A stretch of DNA of 64,000 bases from Podarcis liolepis (Eukaryota), in the NCBI GenBank assembly GCA_965112155.1, contig OZ218103.1, one strand, 5' to 3'. The position numbers and the translations under genes are program-made. A model generated the notes under the pieces. The model was given only the letters and a program-made list of their open reading frames with translations. It was not told the origin of the DNA and ran no database searches. This document shows, piece by piece, positions 48,801-57,800 of the stretch (its first letter is position 1; each line of letters begins with the position of its first letter).

Positions 48801-51800
48801 AATATGTAAATAAATGCTCTCGATGCTGTAAAAATAGTCACACTGAGAACAGCACTTACTTTCGTATTGGGTGCACTCGCTTCCAATTCCAGTTGTAATT
48901 TATATTTCAGTTTTGTCCACTCCTATGTTTCAAGCTGGCTGCTCATCTTGTTTATGCATTTTAATAGTTGCTTTTTTAAATGAGAACTAAGGAATAATGA
49001 TTTAACAAAGACTGTAGCTCAGTGGTAGAGCATCTGCTTTGCATGCCGAAGGTCTCTAGTTCAGTCCCCGGCATCTCCTGATAGGGCTGAGAATGTCCCG
49101 TCTGAAATCCTGGAGAGCCTCTTCCACTACACTTGATCTTAGCCAAAAGGCCGAGAAGCGATCTGGAGAGCCTCTTCCAGACAACATAAACAATACTGAG
49201 TAGCTGGAGGTCAGACATGGCATAGGGTAGCTTCCTGTGTTCACAACCCTTCTAAAGGCAAAACTAAAAGATGCATAAAAGCATCTCCACTGCTTAAAGC
49301 TTTCTCCCCCCCCCCCCCAATAGTAGCTATAACAGTTCCAGTCTGGGTCAGGCCTATAGCACAAGATGAAGTTGTGTTAACATTGACCCTTTCCACTCTG
49401 CACCATTCCCCCAGTGGTGCTACCCCCCCCCAATAAAAGGCTGCTGTTCCTGATGCAGGGGAAATAGAAATGTGCATATGATTTTCCTGCTGTGGAGTTA
49501 TTTTCATTGGAAAAATGATACGGGGAGGAATACTAAAACTACTTTATTGTGCTGCACTATAGTCCCAGTCTGGTTTGGGAGGTGTAGCTATTTTTTTGGC
49601 AAAAAGTGTAAAGACACCAAGTTGCATTCATATGCCACCAACTTTATATGACGTTTATCACTGTGACACACTTCTGGAACCCAGTTCAGTCTCATTTACA
49701 TTTACAGACCTAACCTATCGGCATAAGCTTTGCCATATCCGTTCCTTCACATACCAACACAACTTCTTTACCTCTTTAAAATGCAGAGGTCTATTGGGTA
49801 TAGTCAGAGTATAATGGTGGTAACAATTAAGCCTATCATAACCTTGCAGGGTTTAAATTCTTTCATGAATGTCACAGGTCTCCAAGAGGCCTGTGTAACT
49901 CAGATACAGGAAATGCTTAAGACCTATTGACAGCTATGAAAGAAATAGCATTTACAGCAAGAACAAGTGTTCCATGCAGCAGAGTTCATGCGCTACGTAC
50001 ATGAGGCATGGCTTTGGTTCCCTGGAGTCACTTTCATGGCAGGTCTGGGACAAGGTAATGTCTTGAGACCCACAACAGCTAGGTCATGAGGTGAGCCACT
50101 GATTAGACTCCATTTCAGATGGCACTTTATAATTTTTCAAACAGCAAGTGCCCTGAAGGAACCTGTGACGGATGCACTTTCCATTTCCTGTGGGAGACCG
50201 TTGAAGCCTGCCCCCTCTGTTCTGCAGATGACTACCATGCTATCATCAGCGCCTGTGTTGGAGGGATTCAGGTAGGGACTCAGAATGCCTTCTTTTGAGT
50301 TCTTATCTTCAGGGCCTGAGAGCTGCCCATTTTTGTGACTATTATATGAACATTAAAACAAGTCATCAACAGCTACGGCAGCCCAATGATCATTTAGTGA
50401 ACATGCCCGTTAGGACAGGCAGAGACACTAGATTGAAATAAACATTTTCCCCCCCTGGAGTTGTCACAAAACCATACTTGTCTGATCTTAAACATGCTTA
50501 CCTGAAGTCAGTTCCACTGATTTCACAACAATAAACCGCTTCAGTAGCAGGTTCAGCAATGATGTACCGATTTATTTTTGTTAAGAGGATTCAAGATCCC
50601 TCTAGAGTGGTGGTGGTGGTACAACTATTATTGTTGCTTCGAATCTGTAAGGTGGCATCAACGCTACATTTCTATATTGGTTTCAGTTTATTTCCCTGAA
50701 AACCATTTCTAAATGGCTTAGCATAAAATCTCTCCTAAGTGCTACAGGGTAAAACAGAAATGTACAGTAAGACCATCAGCATCAAAAAGAGTACAAAAAT
50801 GCAACATGAGCTGCGACTGCATGTGATTAAAAGAAGGCAATGCCTGCTTTTCCTTCCACAGAGAACCACGTATGTATGGAGGGAGCCCAAGCTGTGTTCA
50901 GGAGGCATTTCGCTCCCAGATCAAAAAGTCAGCATTTGCAAATCCATGGACTTCTGGCTCAAAGTGGGCATCTCGGCGGGGACTTGTGCTGCTATCCTGC
51001 TGGCTGCAATGACTTGCTACTTCTGGAAGAAAAACCAGAAGTGAGTAGCTGCTTCTTTTGCTGCCCATTATGCATGCATGCTTGCTGGCTGGCTTACTTG
51101 CTTGCTTCATAGCTGCCCAATACCTTTTTCAAGGTTGCCCTTTAAATCAGATGGCAACCTTGAACAGCACAGCAGAAGCAAATAGGTGAGTCTGTGTTCA
51201 AAAATAACAAGCTCTTCAATAATATGTCTATCTTTTATACATTGTTACATATCAGTGATAGCATTCTCGCCTTCCCCAGTTTGCCTTCTTATCACCCCAT
51301 TCTCAACCCTGCCTATTCTTCCATGCCCAAAACGCAAGAAAGACCCACCAAAAACAAACCAGTTTTTATTTTCCAGAAGCGTTAAGTGCATGCAACTTTA
51401 ACACATTCACAAACAGTGCATCCATTGCCCTGTTCAGTAGCACCTTGTGAAAGCGGTGCAGCTTGTGAAATGAGACTTCTTCATAAGGGCAGTGATATAT
51501 AGGGGAAGAAACCCCCCCCCACTCTTTACTTGTGGGCAATATGAGACACAGGGCATCAGGTTAGCATTGTGTAGTTACAGGGATGCTGACTGGCTAGGAG
51601 TGCCTATGACTTTTCACAAGCCACAGCCCTTTATGAGTCACCCCTTCACCATATTGCTACAAAACTTGCAGATGGATCCTGTGAATTAGTTTCCCAGCAT
51701 ATGCACTAGAAAAAGCTGGTGGCATTACCAGCAAATATTGAGTGGAGTTTGCTGAGCAGTGATCCAATTCCAGCTGTAGTTGTGATGAAACCTCTTCAAA

Positions 51801-54800
51801 GAAGAGTGTTTCTTACCCATCAGTTTCTCAACAACTACAGGGGATCAGGTCTACTGTTGCTTGAATGTACCTGCTGCCAGTGGATTTATGCTATGATAAG
51901 TGTCCCCTTTGGATGCTTACATATGAAAGTATCTGCTGGCAGAGAGGATACTAGTCCCACCACCACTTGAAATAGAAGCCTTCGCAGCTTGCTTATCTGC
52001 ACCCAGGAAAGAGGTCTCCACTTCCAAGTAGCAGATGGGGCTCTGAAATGCTCGCTGGCAAAGATCAGCAGCTGAATATTCTGAGAAGGGAAACAGAATT
52101 GTTTCCTCTTTGGAGAAACTGAAATTCAAGCTCCTTTTGAATTTTCTCCAGGAGGGAAAATATCCCACCTTTGCAGTGCATGCATAGGATTAAGCTAATA
52201 AATCCTTTGGATTCTGAATGTGTATGACTGTGCATGCTTGTTGGGGTGTACAAAACATTTCTTTTTCTACCTGTAACAGACAGCTTTCATGTGGCTTGAA
52301 GCATGGCTTAGAATCTCCAGATTTTAAAGTGACCCCCCACCCCACAAGTGTCCCATTTTTGGGACTCAAACTCTATTCATCCATCATCTATCTGGCTTTC
52401 TCTATGTCTGTCTTATATCTTTGAAGGTTGGAGTATAAATATTCCAAGCTGGTGATGAATTCCAGTGCCAAGGACAGTGAGCTGCCAGCTGCTGACAGTT
52501 GTGCCATTATGGAGGGGGAAGATGCAGAGGATGACCTGATATTCACAAGCAAGAATTCTCTCTTTGGCAAAATAAGGGCTTTCACCACAAAGGTAAGGTG
52601 CTTTGTGAGGCCCAGCCTGCACATGTAATGCGCCAGCATGAAGCAACAGAGGCCTTGGGCTTGGCTCCAGTGTTTATCTAACCTGACAGATGTCTAACAT
52701 GTCATGTTGAACTTGTGGGGCCACATCTGAATAGACAGCTTCCCAATTCACTTAATATGTACAGTATCCCTGAAGTGTGTGTGTGCCTTTTTCTAGTAGT
52801 CACTATCCTTTTATTTTTGAAGTAATGATTTCTAGCATGGGCTGCTGACTGTGCAAGACCCAGGCTGTAGTAGGGGTTTGGGGGGAGGGGAGGGAGAAGA
52901 GTGATTAAAGCGTCATTCTCCTCCTCTATCCTGTTAACAATCTTGACAGAGTAGCAAAAGGAAAAGGACATTTTCTCTCCAAACAAATACATCAAACACA
53001 GCTAACCTTCCAGGATGCTACAGGCTAGGGACCAATCAAAAGTCATGATTACAGTAACGTCCTCATCCTAGATCTGTGAGCTTTCTCCAGCCTCAGAGTC
53101 TATATTCACGTGCTACTGTGTTTCCTATTCTACTGACTGATGTTCTGGTTAATGGTGCGCTGCTTTTATTTTTCATTTTATCCCTCCCCCCCTAATGTGG
53201 CTATTTGTTTTCCTGTAGGCTTCTCTTAGGTACAGTCAGGCATGGCAGGAGTCTGTGTGTAGGGCTGTTCTCAATAAGCTAAGAGGAGGAGTCTTCCAGG
53301 TAGATAGAGACCAAATGTAGATGGTATTGTCTTGTGTCCCCTATGTCTAAAAACAGCTGACTGAGGGTGTATAGTAACCAAATGGCATTGGATGGGATGA
53401 CAATATGGCCTTGTGACATCTGACTGGGACCCAGCATGGTATGGTATTCTTGGGAAATCCAAGCCACGCTGCAGGCTTTCTACAGCTGCAGCCTCTCCTT
53501 TCCCAAAGGGGGATGGTGCCACAACCTTTATTTTGGAGGAGGAAGGCAAGGAGGCCCAATGTGTGCTGGAGACACACCAATGGGTGTTAATGCAGGCTGC
53601 AAGTGTAGGATGCTAAACTTACCCAGAAAGGTCCTTGAGCCCTGGCTTGTCTCTGGAACAAGTAGCTGCTGCTTGTTGTGCTGTCCAGAATCATATATGA
53701 CTGGCTCTGTGTCACATATCTGCCTGCCTTTTGCTCAGTTTCGTCTTCTGAGAGCCAGAGCCAGGGCTGCTCTGACTTGATGGAGCTGGGGAGAACCAAG
53801 GCAGAGCTATGGAAATCTGGGCCTGTGGGGTTCAAATGCCATGTCTGGAATAAATTATGGGAACTGAACACTGTACACAGAGTGTGGGTGGGTTTTCTCC
53901 ACTCCCCTGCAAATTACAAGCAAAGTGGGCCTTTCTGCTTGTGACCCAAAAGTTATTCCCACCCCCACCCCAGTAAATACATTCTGTTAAAATGTTGGCC
54001 AACTCTCATGTGTACGGTCTTGCCTTGCTTGAATTAGGGTCTTTAATCAAGAGATTATGAATATTCAGGTGTTAGCATATATTTCTATTTGCAACATAAT
54101 AGTTCCTTATCCTCACAACCAGCCTGATGCAACTGCTGCGATCACTGTTACCCCCATTTTGCAGACGGAGGCCAAAATAATTATTTTGCACAAAGCTGCT
54201 GGTGAGGTTATTGCAGAAGTGGAGTTTGAACCATGTCCAGCACCCTATCCACAGGGTGGATCCTTCTGAATTCAGTCCTCTCTGGGTGCTGGTTGCTGAG
54301 TGGCTCCCACAAGGCTCAGTGACAACCCTCACCTCCCCACCAACTGTCTCTTCTGAATGCACTGCTATCCAGCACAGGTTGCTTCCATGCTAAGGTCCTT
54401 AAGTACTCCAGAGACGTAGCTTTTTGCAGTCAGCTGGAAGTAGAACTAAACTGTGGTTCCATATAGCACTTAGGTAGCACTGTGTTTCCCGTAACACTCC
54501 TACAATAGCCATTCTGACAGGGTCAGAAGACCATGCATGGAGGCAGCTGGTTATCATAAGAGTTTTGTGGGAGCTGCCCTTGCACCCTACTGCCCTTTCA
54601 TGAGCATAGGGTGCAGGATTGCACTCTGTGTTCTTTCCGTGTTACTAAATACTGGGATATGACATAATCTGGTTTACTTCAAACAAAAGGTGGGGGCTCT
54701 GAGAGTTGCAAATGACATTTTATATAGTCCCACTCACACTTCGTTTTATGTTGTCTTTAGAGAACATCTGATGGCTTTGACTCGGTCCCACTGAAGACCT

Positions 54801-54829
54801 CCTCTGGCACCACTGACATGGATCTTTAG
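3947..54829 (+). CDS. ELAPOR1: ELAPOR1 (KIAA1324/EIG121), complete 22-exon CDS, 1019 aa type I membrane protein
   Basis: The exons below join with GT-AG boundaries and matching phases to 3060 nt. Signal peptide, Cys-rich repeats, M6PR-like region, TM helix, and a tail with YSKL and an acidic cluster; closely matches the recalled human protein, ending [17 protein letters not shown]. Confidence 0.97.
8268..8298. repeat. Short palindromic interspersed repeat (hairpin MITE core); related copy near 8547-8580
   Basis: TAAGTCCCACTGAGCTCAGTGGGGCTTA is a near-perfect inverted repeat; the second copy reads AGTAAGTCCTATT...AGTAGGACTTACT. Confidence 0.55.
8757..8998. mobile_element. Tc1/mariner-type MITE
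   Basis: TIRs CAGTGGTACCTC...GAGGTACCACTG with TA TSD; subterminal GTAACCTGAAGC repeats. Confidence 0.9.
9852..9896. repeat. (TG)14(CG)5 compound microsatellite
   Basis: 45-nt uninterrupted alternating purine-pyrimidine tract. Confidence 0.95.
10287..10390 (+). mobile_element. Degenerate tRNA-derived SINE head
   Basis: TGTAGCTCAGAGGTAGAAC A-box-like start; similar to the copy at 49010. Confidence 0.6.
10401..10529. mobile_element. Short hAT-like MITE
   Basis: CAGGGATGGGG...TTCCCCTCCCTG termini with a partly palindromic interior. Confidence 0.65.
11031..11271. mobile_element. Tc1/mariner-type MITE (related subfamily)
   Basis: CAGTGGTACCTCGGTTTA...TAAACCGAGGTACCACTG, TA TSD. Confidence 0.9.
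12191..12550 (-). mobile_element. CR1-type LINE 3' fragment
   Basis: TAAGAACATAGGAAGAGCCCTGCTGGATCAGG, recalled as the reverse complement of a CR1/L3 3' end; related copy at about 58023-58190. Confidence 0.6.
14556..14800. mobile_element. hAT-like MITE with an internal duplicate of the right TIR
   Basis: CATAGGTGCCAACT ... AGTTGGCATCTGTG (12/14); internal AGTTGGCACCT at about 14642; imperfect CCAGCA flanking repeat. Confidence 0.55.
16591..16808. mobile_element. PIF/Harbinger-type MITE
   Basis: TIRs GGGCTTATCCAC / GTGGACAAGCCC (11/12) with TAA TSD on both sides. Confidence 0.75.
16994..17235. mobile_element. Tc1/mariner-type MITE
   Basis: Same family as 8757-8998; TIRs and TA TSD. Confidence 0.9.
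21892..22090. mobile_element. Tc1/mariner-type MITE, internally deleted
   Basis: Same family; CAGTGGTACCTT...GAGGTACTACTG, TA TSD. Confidence 0.88.
24237..24450 (-). mobile_element. MIR/Ther1-derived squamate SINE (Squam3-like)
   Basis: Minus strand begins GAGCCAATGTAGTGTAGT, has a CORE-like CCTACCTCACAGGGTTGTTGTGAGGATAAAAT and a (TAA)n tail; remnants at about 33060-33220 and 54105-54235. Confidence 0.7.
25291..25437 (+). mobile_element. tRNA-Lys-derived SINE with CR1-type tail
   Basis: GATAGCTCAGCCAGTAGAGCATG...GGTTCAAGGCCC head; GGTCCCTTCCAGCTCTAC...GATTCTGTG tail. Confidence 0.8.
27123..27243 (+). CDS. ELAPOR1: ELAPOR1 exon 2
   Basis: [40 protein letters not shown]; tttcag| ... |gtaag. 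Confidence 0.96.
28326..28518 (+). CDS. ELAPOR1: ELAPOR1 exon 3
   Basis: [16 protein letters not shown]...[14 protein letters not shown]...GNCS; |gtgagt. Confidence 0.95.
29118..29589. mobile_element. hAT non-autonomous element
   Basis: TIRs TAGAGCTGGCCC / GGGCCAGCCCTG (10/12); 8-bp TSD GTCTATAG/GTATATAG (7/8). An inverted relative lies at about 24580-24887. Confidence 0.75.
36104..36251 (+). CDS. ELAPOR1: ELAPOR1 exon 4
   Basis: [31 protein letters not shown]...VFEFF; |gtatgt. Confidence 0.95.
37088..37168 (+). CDS. ELAPOR1: ELAPOR1 exon 5
   Basis: [27 protein letters not shown]; |gtaagt. Confidence 0.95.
37325..37430 (+). CDS. ELAPOR1: ELAPOR1 exon 6
   Basis: [35 protein letters not shown]. 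Confidence 0.95.
37570..37719 (+). CDS. ELAPOR1: ELAPOR1 exon 7
   Basis: [15 protein letters not shown]...[10 protein letters not shown]; |gtaag. Confidence 0.95.
37781..37951 (-). mobile_element. tRNA(Ala-like)-derived squamate SINE
   Basis: Minus strand CCATAGCTCAGTGGTA...GTTCAATCCCC...CCCTGGAGAGCCACTGCCAGTCAGTGTAGAC...AGCTTCCTAT. Confidence 0.8.
39116..39270 (-). mobile_element. tRNA-Lys-derived SINE with CR1-type tail
   Basis: Minus strand GAGATAGCTAAGTCGGTAGAACATGAGACTCTTAATCTC...GGTTCAAGCCCC...ATTCTGTGATTCTGTGATTCT. Confidence 0.85.
39958..40046 (+). CDS. ELAPOR1: ELAPOR1 exon 8
   Basis: [29 protein letters not shown]; AAG acceptor, |gtaatt. Confidence 0.92.
40973..41150 (+). CDS. 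ELAPOR1: ELAPOR1 exon 9
   Basis: [19 protein letters not shown]...[10 protein letters not shown]. Confidence 0.95.
42038..42166 (+). CDS. ELAPOR1: ELAPOR1 exon 10
   Basis: [42 protein letters not shown]. Confidence 0.95.
42520..42610 (+). CDS. ELAPOR1: ELAPOR1 exon 11
   Basis: [29 protein letters not shown]; |gtgagt. Confidence 0.95.
43115..43220 (+). CDS. ELAPOR1: ELAPOR1 exon 12
   Basis: [35 protein letters not shown]; |gtaagt. Confidence 0.95.
44071..44208 (+). CDS. ELAPOR1: ELAPOR1 exon 13
   Basis: [46 protein letters not shown]. Confidence 0.95.
44438..44695 (+). CDS. ELAPOR1: ELAPOR1 exon 14
   Basis: [32 protein letters not shown]...CGPGTKNNP. Confidence 0.95.
44844..44894. repeat. 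(TATTAG)8.5 hexamer microsatellite
   Basis: Perfect tandem array. Confidence 0.95.
45528..45701 (+). CDS. ELAPOR1: ELAPOR1 exon 15
   Basis: IHSLCYSDC...[23 protein letters not shown]; |gtaagt. Confidence 0.95.
46435..46615 (+). CDS. ELAPOR1: ELAPOR1 exon 16
   Basis: [13 protein letters not shown]...[12 protein letters not shown]; AAG acceptor, |gtgag. Confidence 0.93.
46749..46920 (-). mobile_element. CR1 LINE 3' end
   Basis: TCATAGAATCATAGAGCTGGAAGG octamer tail followed by RT C-terminal-like sequence; similar copy at about 60641-60760. Confidence 0.75.
47579..47675 (+). CDS. ELAPOR1: ELAPOR1 exon 17
   Basis: [31 protein letters not shown]; |gtaag. Confidence 0.94.
47820..47970 (+). mobile_element. 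CR1/L3 3' fragment
   Basis: AGAGGATTGAACAAACTCATGAAGGGATAAAGCTATCAATGGCTACTAG, recalled as a CR1 ORF2 end and 3' UTR. Confidence 0.55.
48592..48693 (+). CDS. ELAPOR1: ELAPOR1 exon 18
   Basis: [33 protein letters not shown]; |gtaagt. Confidence 0.94.
49010..49242 (+). mobile_element. tRNA(Ala-like)-derived SINE hosting the U2 retrocopy
   Basis: GACTGTAGCTCAGTGGTAGAGCATCTGCTTTGCATG...AGTTCAGTCCCCGGCATCTCC head; ends GTAGCTTCCTGTGTTC. Confidence 0.85.
49126..49162 (-). pseudogene. 3'-truncated U2 snRNA retrocopy (nt 1-37)
   Basis: Minus strand ATCGCTTCTCGGCCTTTTGGCTAAGATCAAGTGTAGT is identical to recalled vertebrate U2 nt 1-37. TSD CTGGAGAGCCTCTTCCA at 49110-49126 and 49163-49179. Confidence 0.95.
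50145..50271 (+). CDS. ELAPOR1: ELAPOR1 exon 19
   Basis: [42 protein letters not shown]. Confidence 0.95.
50862..51040 (+). CDS. ELAPOR1: ELAPOR1 exon 20 (transmembrane helix)
   Basis: [15 protein letters not shown]...[29 protein letters not shown]; |gtgagt. Confidence 0.96.
52427..52592 (+). CDS. ELAPOR1: ELAPOR1 exon 21 (cytoplasmic tail)
   Basis: [55 protein letters not shown]. Confidence 0.96.
54761..54829 (+). CDS. ELAPOR1: ELAPOR1 exon 22 (last coding exon)
   Basis: [25 protein letters not shown]. Confidence 0.96.
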   Translation, partial: RTSDGFDSVPLKTSSGTTDMDL

Positions 54830-57800
54830 GAATGGATTGCCCACCTCCCATGCCTTTCCTGCAGGATGCTTTGGGAGTTCTCCTTGGTTAATCCCTGCAC
54901 TTTGATGAACTTGCCATGTGGCCTTATTGGATACACTTTTAACTTCAGCTTCTTACTGTACTTTTTTAAAACCGAAAATTTTAACATTCCCTCCCGAAAC
55001 AAAACCATGCCAAATACAACTGTGCTTTTAAAATTATATGTAGATATATATTTGTATGTTTTCCTGCACTCCCTACCCACTCTTCTATAATGCTTTTGGG
55101 TTTTACCTTTCAACAAAAGTTGTTCTATGCTGGTGACAATAGCTGCATTTCCTCTCTCCCCTGACACCAGAAATGTGTAAAACAGCTCAAGATATCATTG
55201 CCATTAATTAAGTCAGCCCATTGAGACAGGCTCTTAAGGCTGCAATCCTCACCTAGGTGAAGTATATATGCACACAGCTGCTCTGTAAATGTTCATTTCA
55301 TTTTAACACCAACTTGACCTTCAAAATACTTTCTCTGTGTACTAAAGCAGCAACAGTATTTTGTCAAACAGTGGTGAGGCTTGCCTGCCTCATTAAGAAT
55401 CCTTCAGAAGAGATACAATTTGGGCTCAAATTGCAAAGTTCTGCACTCCGCCAACCAGCCTCACTTTTATAGGATGACTGTTTCTTATGCCAGAGCAGTC
55501 TGCAATGACTTTGCAAGTGACAATTCCATTAAAGGTTCCCTAAATTCCGTCATAGTAGAATCTGCATGTGGTCCAGGCTGGAAGGAGTATACTTCAATCA
55601 TTTAGAAAGGGTATGATTTAAACATTGAAAAGATTATGGCCCAGAGTAGCTGGATTTTCCTCGTCTGTTTTTATAGCGATGACTTATGGAGAAATGCTGT
55701 GCAGTCTTGCATCTTGTTTGTAGACCTTTAGTTTTAAAACAATAAGGGAATCATTTATCCCTGTGCTGACTTTCTCCAATACTTGAAAACCCTTATCCTA
55801 GGATATTGAGGCAGGAGGTGTTATTTTTTATGTGACTTCAGAATTACCATCCAGGAAAATGTGTGCCTATTGTCCGTGCCCCATTGGAACACTTTCCTTT
55901 GGAGGAACAAAAGTATAATACTTTACACAGTATCAAGAATCAGGCGGAACTTCCAGCAGAATTATCCTGCATGAACACCAGGAGAATTAATACTTACTTC
56001 TTTTCAAGTTATGTGAATTACAGGTGCTAGATCTGTGGCTGTGATTATCAAGTATGCCATGGCAAATAGAGGCTGGAGAATTACAGTCAATCATTTCCCT
56101 GTCAGGCCCAAGGATGAGTGGAAAAGCTTTTAGAAAAAAAAGCTCTCGACCATGAATTACAGAATTCAGCTTAAAGCAAATCCAGCTCCTCAACTTTCAC
56201 TGGGGAAATAGGTAACATGTTTATCATTTTATGCAATTTCCTTGCCTGATCTTTATCCAGAAATATCCCTTCCTACCCCTGGACAGCCCTCTGTTGCTGT
56301 TTTTTTTACAATTCTTCCTCATGTAATTTTGTGCAGGCCTAGGCATGCAGATTTTTTATTTGGCAAATAGTGAAGAAATAATTAGGTTTTGGTTTTACTA
56401 GCCAGTGTTATATCCAAACACAGCCACTGAATACATTACAAATGGCTGCTCCTGAATTCAGTCAACATTACTGACAACTGCCAAGCCAATGTTGACTGAT
56501 TTCATCTCTCTGTTTGTTTTGGCAGGTTAAAATAGCCTTTAGTATAAAGCACTTCAATGAAGAAAAATACAGAATCCCAGCTCCTCCTTTCAGTCATTCA
56601 GTTTTAATTCCAATGACATTACTCTTAGTTCTGCTTTCAGTAACTTTCTCAATTTCCACACACTCTACTTTTCTATCTATATTGTACAAGTGTTAAACAA
56701 CAACAACAACAACAACTTACCTTTAGAGCAGCTGGGAGGAATTTGTACAACTGCAGGTAAGGAGGGCTAACCTTGGCTTAGGTTGACTTTAGTTTATTGG
56801 GATTTGTAATTCTGTTGCTTTTCCTTCAAGAGAAGAAATCAAAGATGGCGGTGGGCAGTGTTATAGGTTATGGGAAATGGAGTAATCGAGGAGCTGCCAT
56901 ATATGGTGGATGGGCTGCATTTTACTTGGTGAGTTACCCTGCGGAGGCTTGTGGATGTTTTTCCCCTTAGCATAATGCTGCTTACATCAACAGTGAAATG
57001 TCACCGTACCATAAACTTTGATATATGTCCATGTAGCTTTTTTACGGTCAGATTTCAGGCTATTCCTTGGAAGAGGAGATTTATTTCTTCACCAGTGAAT
57101 CCTGTGACTATGAAACCAATCCAGTAGCTAGCTTTCCCTAGTGCTAAATGCCACTGCTACCTGTTTTCAATCAGAAGGAAAATGGATTTATTTTACTTGG
57201 AAGGTACTCCAAAGCTATGGCCTAAGGAAGCCTGAGATGCTCATCAGAGGATGAGAAAACTGACCTCAAGAGACACGAAAGAGAAACTGGCCCTTTTTAA
57301 TATAGTGACACATCTGAAAATCTCTGGGCTCTGGTTCCATTATTTTACACAAGAAAGATATATTCAGGGACAGCCTGGAATACTACTGTGGAAAGTGGCA
57401 CCCTGTTGTCAAGACCCAGGATAGGGGAGAGGAGCTTGGGTAATAAGCTGTTGATAAATTGCCAGTGGTGAAGAAGGTGTTGATGGATAGCTTCCCCATT
57501 GCTTAGGAAGAAAGGTTAAGAGGAACTCAGGACTGTTTCCAAAATAAGTTCTTATGCAAACAGAACCAAACAGAACCAGAAGCACAGAGCTAGCACTAGG
57601 CAGAAAGAATACCATAAAGAGATGTGTAAACCAAGTCCAGAGTCTATTGCAGAGGTCAGCTTACCTAAGCATCTCACATCAAGCTGAAAAAGCTTATTTT
57701 CACCCTCTGCTGTTTATGCTAAAGAGAAGAAACAAAAGCAGCAACAAATCCTTTGGGATGATTCTGCGGCTTTGTTAACACATAGACTTAATGTTTGTAT

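Noticed and set aside
49010-49080. tRNA-like sequence (also 25291, 37781, 39116) as real tRNA genes
   Set aside because: Degenerate stems, and each continues into a SINE body and tail.
49126-49162. Functional U2 snRNA gene
   Set aside because: Only 37 nt, with no Sm site or downstream stem-loops, and flanked by a TSD.
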